Assembly: GCA_964106645.2 (NCBI GenBank)
Contig: OZ067052.1
DNA length: 64,000 nucleotides
Origin: Podarcis pityusensis
Taxonomy: Eukaryota
Direction: 5' to 3' (one strand)
The position numbers and the translations under genes are program-made. How positions within the stretch are numbered: position 1 is the stretch's first letter; each line of letters starts with the position of its first letter. The notes beneath the pieces were generated by a model. The model searched no databases, was not told where the DNA came from, and worked only from the letters and a program-made list of their open reading frames with translations. This document shows, in pieces, positions 56,001 through 61,722 of the stretch.

Positions 56001-59000
56001 AGGGGCTGCTTGTGCGTTTTTAAAAAAGAAAATTAAAAATCATAAACTGACGTGTGAATGTGAATAAATGAACATAAGAAGAACCTGTTAGGTCAGGCAA
56101 ATGGCCCACCTTAGTCCAGCATCTTGGTCTTACAGTGGGCAGCCAGATACCCATGGGAAATTTTCAAGGAAGACCCAATCACAAGAGGACTACCCCATCC
56201 TGCTTTTTCCAGAAAGTGGTATTCAGAAGCATTACTGCATGGGAGAAAATTCTCTTTGGGGATTCAATACAGAGGCTCAGACCAGATTCCCAATTAGTCA
56301 GACCCTTATATTCAGTCGTGTATTACAGGACAGAGTCCAAAAGAGTCGGTGAGAGCATTCCATTCGCACACACCCTATTTGAGAAATATACATAATCTTG
56401 GCTGTTTGTTCAACCACATTTTGCCACCTTCTGCCACCCCAACACTTCACCCAACTATAGTTCTTAAAAACACTTATTCAACCGATGGTGTTGTTGTTGT
56501 TTTTTGCTGTATATGCAGAGCCCTCCTTGCATCTTATCTGGGATTGTTTTCCACTCTAGTGGACAGTTAGGTTCCTTCAAAATGGATTACTGTCAGTTTT
56601 GTGGCCAGGCTGCACACTTGCATAGCGGCAATGGCCTTCCTGGTCATGGGTTTTGCAGAATTTCTACCTCAGCTGCCTCTAACTGTGGAGGCAAAGCATA
56701 GCCATACAGTAGTACCTCAGGTTACATACGCTTCAGGTTACAGACTCTGCTAACCCAGAAATAGTACCTCGGGTTAAGAACTTTGCTTCAGGATGAGAAC
56801 AGAAATCGTGCTTCGGCGGCACGGCAGCAGCAGGAGGCCCCATTAGCTAAAGTGGTGCTTCAGGTTAAGAACAGTTTCAGGTTAAGAACAGAACTCTGGA
56901 ACGAATTAAGTACTTAACCTGAGGTACCACTGTAATGGCTAGTAGCCATGGATAGCCTTCTCCTCTATGAGTGAGGGGGGAAATAAGAAACTGAGAGTAA
57001 TCCCAATTAACAGATCTGCCCATCCGTAGTCTCAACACGAGAGACAGCCTTTTTAAAAGAGGCACTTTCTCAAGCTCTTGTGTGCATTTCTCCCCCTGTT
57101 CTTGCAGCATCCAGTTCTATGAAGCTCTTGGCTCCCAGGGATCTGGAGAAGAACCTGATGCAGGAGAGGGAACTTTCCCAGGGTTAGGTAAGACTTTGTT
57201 TTGGAAGATTAGGCTCGGTGCTCTCACAAACAGGCAGGTGAATGTTGCATATTCCCCCCTCCCACACAGACACCCAAATGCTGGCAAGCGATTTTGATCA
57301 CCAGTCCTGACATGGGAAATCTCTGACCCAAAACGAGTTTGCCAAAGCAACCACAAAACACTGAAGCAAGGCATGTGCTGTAATTGAAGCTATAATCCAT
57401 CATGGGATGCTTTGGGGATGCCACGCCTCTCAGAGAAGAGAAAATACTGTTCATTTGCACATGCAAGGGCCATTTTAAAACTGAACATCAGTCGCTTGAT
57501 AGCAATGGCACATAAGCTCTGGTGGCTGGTTTCCTGGACTTTTTCAGAATTTGTGGGGTTATTTGATGTGGGTATGGATTAGCACTCCCCACTGGTTCCC
57601 TCTAAACCAACCTACTCCAACCTGGAGCCCTCAAGTTGCTTTGTATTACAACACCCATCATCCCCAGACCAAATTAAACAATTGCTATGCATGATGGGAG
57701 TTGTAGTCTGAAACATTTGCAGGGCACAGGTTTGGCAAAGGTATATTGATCACGCTTGCCTGTTCTCCGGATAACTCACCACGGCGCAGTAACTTTTGTT
57801 TTTGTCAGATGAGAATGTAAGTCTGTGAGATCTCCAAGGCGGAAGCGTTTACTGATAATAGTGCAGGTGGAGCTATGTCCAGCAGATGGCAGTGTTTACA
57901 CTCTTTGGGGGTAGTTCCGCTACAAAAAAATCACTGAAAAAAATCAAGGCAGGGCATTTCAATTGCCACTGTCACCCTGACAGTTCGTTTACTAAATTCT
58001 CTCAGTTAAGTTGTAGACCTAGGATGTTTGATGTGTACACCTGAAAATTAAAAGTGGAGGCAAAATTGTGCTTGCAAATACATGTGTCATGCACATGAAC
58101 TCATTAGGGACCTAGGATCAGGCTTCCAAACAAGTCTGATGTATGAAAAGGCCACCTTGGGAACTTTTGTAATTCACCTAAGAACTACAAATGCCCAAGT
58201 GGTGCCCTCTGTGAATTTGCAGATCTCAGCCAAATAATAATTAAAAGTACGCATTGAAGGATTAGTGATAATGGCCATTGCTGCTTCTGAAATTTGTGTG
58301 CTCCTAGTTCACACAATACCACTCACACTGGTAGACCATTCTTATGAGCATTGTGAACCTATAAAGAGGATTTAAATGAGCACCCAAATATACATATATT
58401 GCACCCTGAAAGGCTTGAATGTCATGCGCACATCATACCAGACTAATAATAGCTGATAATTAACACTTTGGAAGTATCTAGGGCACCTCACTAGGGACGC
58501 TGTGAAAACTGTCAATATTTGCTTCCAACCTTGTGGTTTTCTGGGGACTGATTTCAGGTTTTGACCCACTTAGCCAAAGTTCTGCAGGATCCTCCCCTGT
58601 ATTCCTGAAGTTCAGGCTGTGAATGGCATTGGTTGTGTAGCTACCCAGGCACAAACGAGCAGCATCAAATGTTTAGCAGGGAAAACCTTAAAAGGAGGGG
58701 GTAAACGGAAACCCTAAAACAGCTCTACGGGCATTAAGCTTGTTCCCACTTCTATTCATTCTCATTCAATGATGTGTCACACACTCTCTTTTTCACATGG
58801 CCTTCCCCAACTTGGTGCCTTTCAGATGGTTTTGTACATGCAAAACCATATAGGCCAATGCTTGCTCAGACTGATGGGAGTTGTAGTCAAGCAACATCTG
58901 GAGGACACCAGTTTGGGAAAGGATGTCTGAACACATTTGTGTGCAGTCCCCAACTTCTAGGGTAGATCTTCAAAGGATTCAAAAAGGTCTTCACCTGGGG

Positions 59001-61673
59001 CTGGAATGGAACAAGATTCAGCATCAGGTGAGACAGGCTGGCAAGATCATTTCCCAAGGTCAAGATAAAGTGATCAATGGCTGCTCTGCTTCCACTGCCA
59101 GAGGCAGGAGGCCTCTAAATACCACTGGCTGGGAACCATAAGTGGGAATTCCGGTGGTGTTTGCACCCAGATCCTACTTCTTGTCTTCCTATAGGCATCT
59201 GGGTAGGAGCTGTAAGAACAGGAAGCTGGACTCAATGGGCCTTTGTACAGATCCAACTGAGTTTTCCCTATGTTCTTATCAGGATGGTTTTTCATGGAGT
59301 CTATCCAGTTGTTGTTGTTGTTTCACCACAGAAATCCTGTGCAGTAGTTTAGACTGAGAGATAAGGGGGGGGGGGGGAGAGAGAGATTGTTCCAGTATAT
59401 CCAGCAAGCTATGTGGCTGAGCATGGATTTGAACCTGGATTCTTCTGTCCCAACCATTCATCCCATGCCATTTTTGAAGACGATAAGAAGGGAAAGTTAC
59501 CAGAAGAGCCTCTCTATTTCTGAGCTTCTTTTTCTCCCTTCCCACCACGAAGAAATAAATCAATATAAGGACCGCAAAGCTTTTTTTCCTTTATACCTAA
59601 GGTCTTAGTCAATTAAATGGATAAGCTGCCTTTGTTTCAGGCGACCAGTTTGCAACAAAAGACCTGGAAGATTTCAGCGTCCGCACTTTGTATGACAAGC
59701 TGGAGGACCAGAACCTTCACTTGGCATCGCAGCTAGCAAAACACCGGGCAGATGTCCTGGCCTTCTACCGAGGCATCAGCCAGAAGATCCAGAGTCTTTT
59801 GGTCAGTGCTGTGAGGAGGGAAGCATATGTGTAGAAATATATTTGCTCATTTGCTTTTGACCCCACTTTATTTCCAACGAACTGGAGCACTGCACTCACC
59901 TGAATGGGTTACTAATAGGTATAATGCACCTGCCCATCTATGGACCAGATTAGCTAGATCATGACTCTTGACCAATCACATGGTGGTGGCCATTCTAGAT
60001 GTAGGTACCAAAACTCCACTGGGGCAGAATATAGCAATAAATTTCACACTTCTGTGCAACAAAGAGGTGTTGTCCCTGAGTCTGTCCGCTCAGGCAAGGT
60101 CCTTCAACATTGGCAGGTTTTAGATCCCTGGCCCTCATTAAATGTTTCTGCCCTAGCATACATTAATGCACACCTATGAGCGCCATTGATGTGGCTAAAT
60201 TACAATAAGCTTGAAGCTGAAAGGAGGCGACCCCCTGATGGCTGCATGGGGAATTAGGGGACTGTCAGGCCTGGGGTCTGGCTTGAAACAGGCCACCATG
60301 AAATCTGGGCCCTGGCATGTGGCAATGGGCTTGTGGGCCAGGAACAGGCGGCATAGTCGTGAATGGGCTGGCAGGGGAAAACAGCAGACTGGATTACTGA
60401 GGTGAGGCAGGGTAGGTCTGGTGTGAGGCTTGGTGAGACATACCAAGGGAAAGTCTTGGTTAAGGAGATGAGTGATTCAGATTTCCAGAGCAGCTCACTA
60501 GGAAATGTTTGTAGCAGGGCTGGCGAACCTTTTTCAATCCAAAGGTAGCAGTCTCTTCCAGGCCACTTTCAGTGGCTGGCAGAATCAGAGATAAAGTGGG
60601 TGGAGCAACAAATGAAGCAGGGCCCCTGAGGGGTGTGGCCTATGGAGAGAGGGTGTGGCTGGCTGGGAAGGGGTGTGGTGTGGGGAGAGTCCCAAGGACC
60701 AGATAGAGAGGAGTGGAGGGCCACTTTTGCCAAGCACCCCTGGCAAAAAAAAAAAAAGACTGAAGTTCTTTATCCCTGGTTTACAGGGCCCAGTGCCATT
60801 CTCTCTGCCTCAGACCCTAGAAAGCCCCTGTCACTCAAAAGTTTGATGGGCAATAGTCTGACCTTTCCATAAGGCACCTTCCTATTTTCCTAAGCAATGT
60901 AATGTTCCCCAGTGAAGGCAAAAGCAATTTGACGAGGTCATAAAATCTGAGACATCAGTAAAGCATTAAGGCTGTTGATCTCTGTTTGTAGGATCTGGTA
61001 CAGACACTGGATATGGATGCATTGAAGGGCATGGAAAGGTCCACAGTTGCCAGGGATAGAGCCCAGGTCACCTTCAGTTCAGCCAAGGAGACCCAAGAAA
61101 GTGAGAGCTCCTCCATCAAGCTTTCTGGAGTCTTGCAAGCAATGGGCTACTCAGGTGAGAGAGCTGGGAAAACAGAACACTTCCCTGCATTTTTAAAAAA
61201 AGGGATTTTCTACAAGTGCCAGGCACCCATTAGAATTGACCAAAATGTGAAAGCAAATAATGGTGTGTTTTTCATTTTTAAAATTCTCCTTTGTACCTTT
61301 TAATGGTCTCTTTTCTTATGGATATTTCACTGTGACACTTGTGGTGACCCATGGAGCTTGCTTCTTTGCTCTGAATGTAGCTGTGTTCATGAGCAAATCT
61401 CCAAGAGGCATGAAAACAGCTGCTTACAGGCTGTTAAGGAAGCCTTATTAAGTGATTAATGCCTTGCTGAATTCTTTTAGGTTCTGAGTGGCAGGAGGCA
61501 ACAGAGTTAATGAAAGTCCTGGGGATTTTGCTGCGAAAAATCCATTTTGGGAAGGTGACGGCGAAGCCAGAAGGGGCACAGGGGCATAATGGGGCTGGTG
61601 GATCTGGCCTGGCTATCCAAGAGCAAGCTGGAACTCAGCAAAGATGCCCGGTAAGAATGAAGGTCTCCCTTTG

Positions 61674-61722
<49 letters not shown>

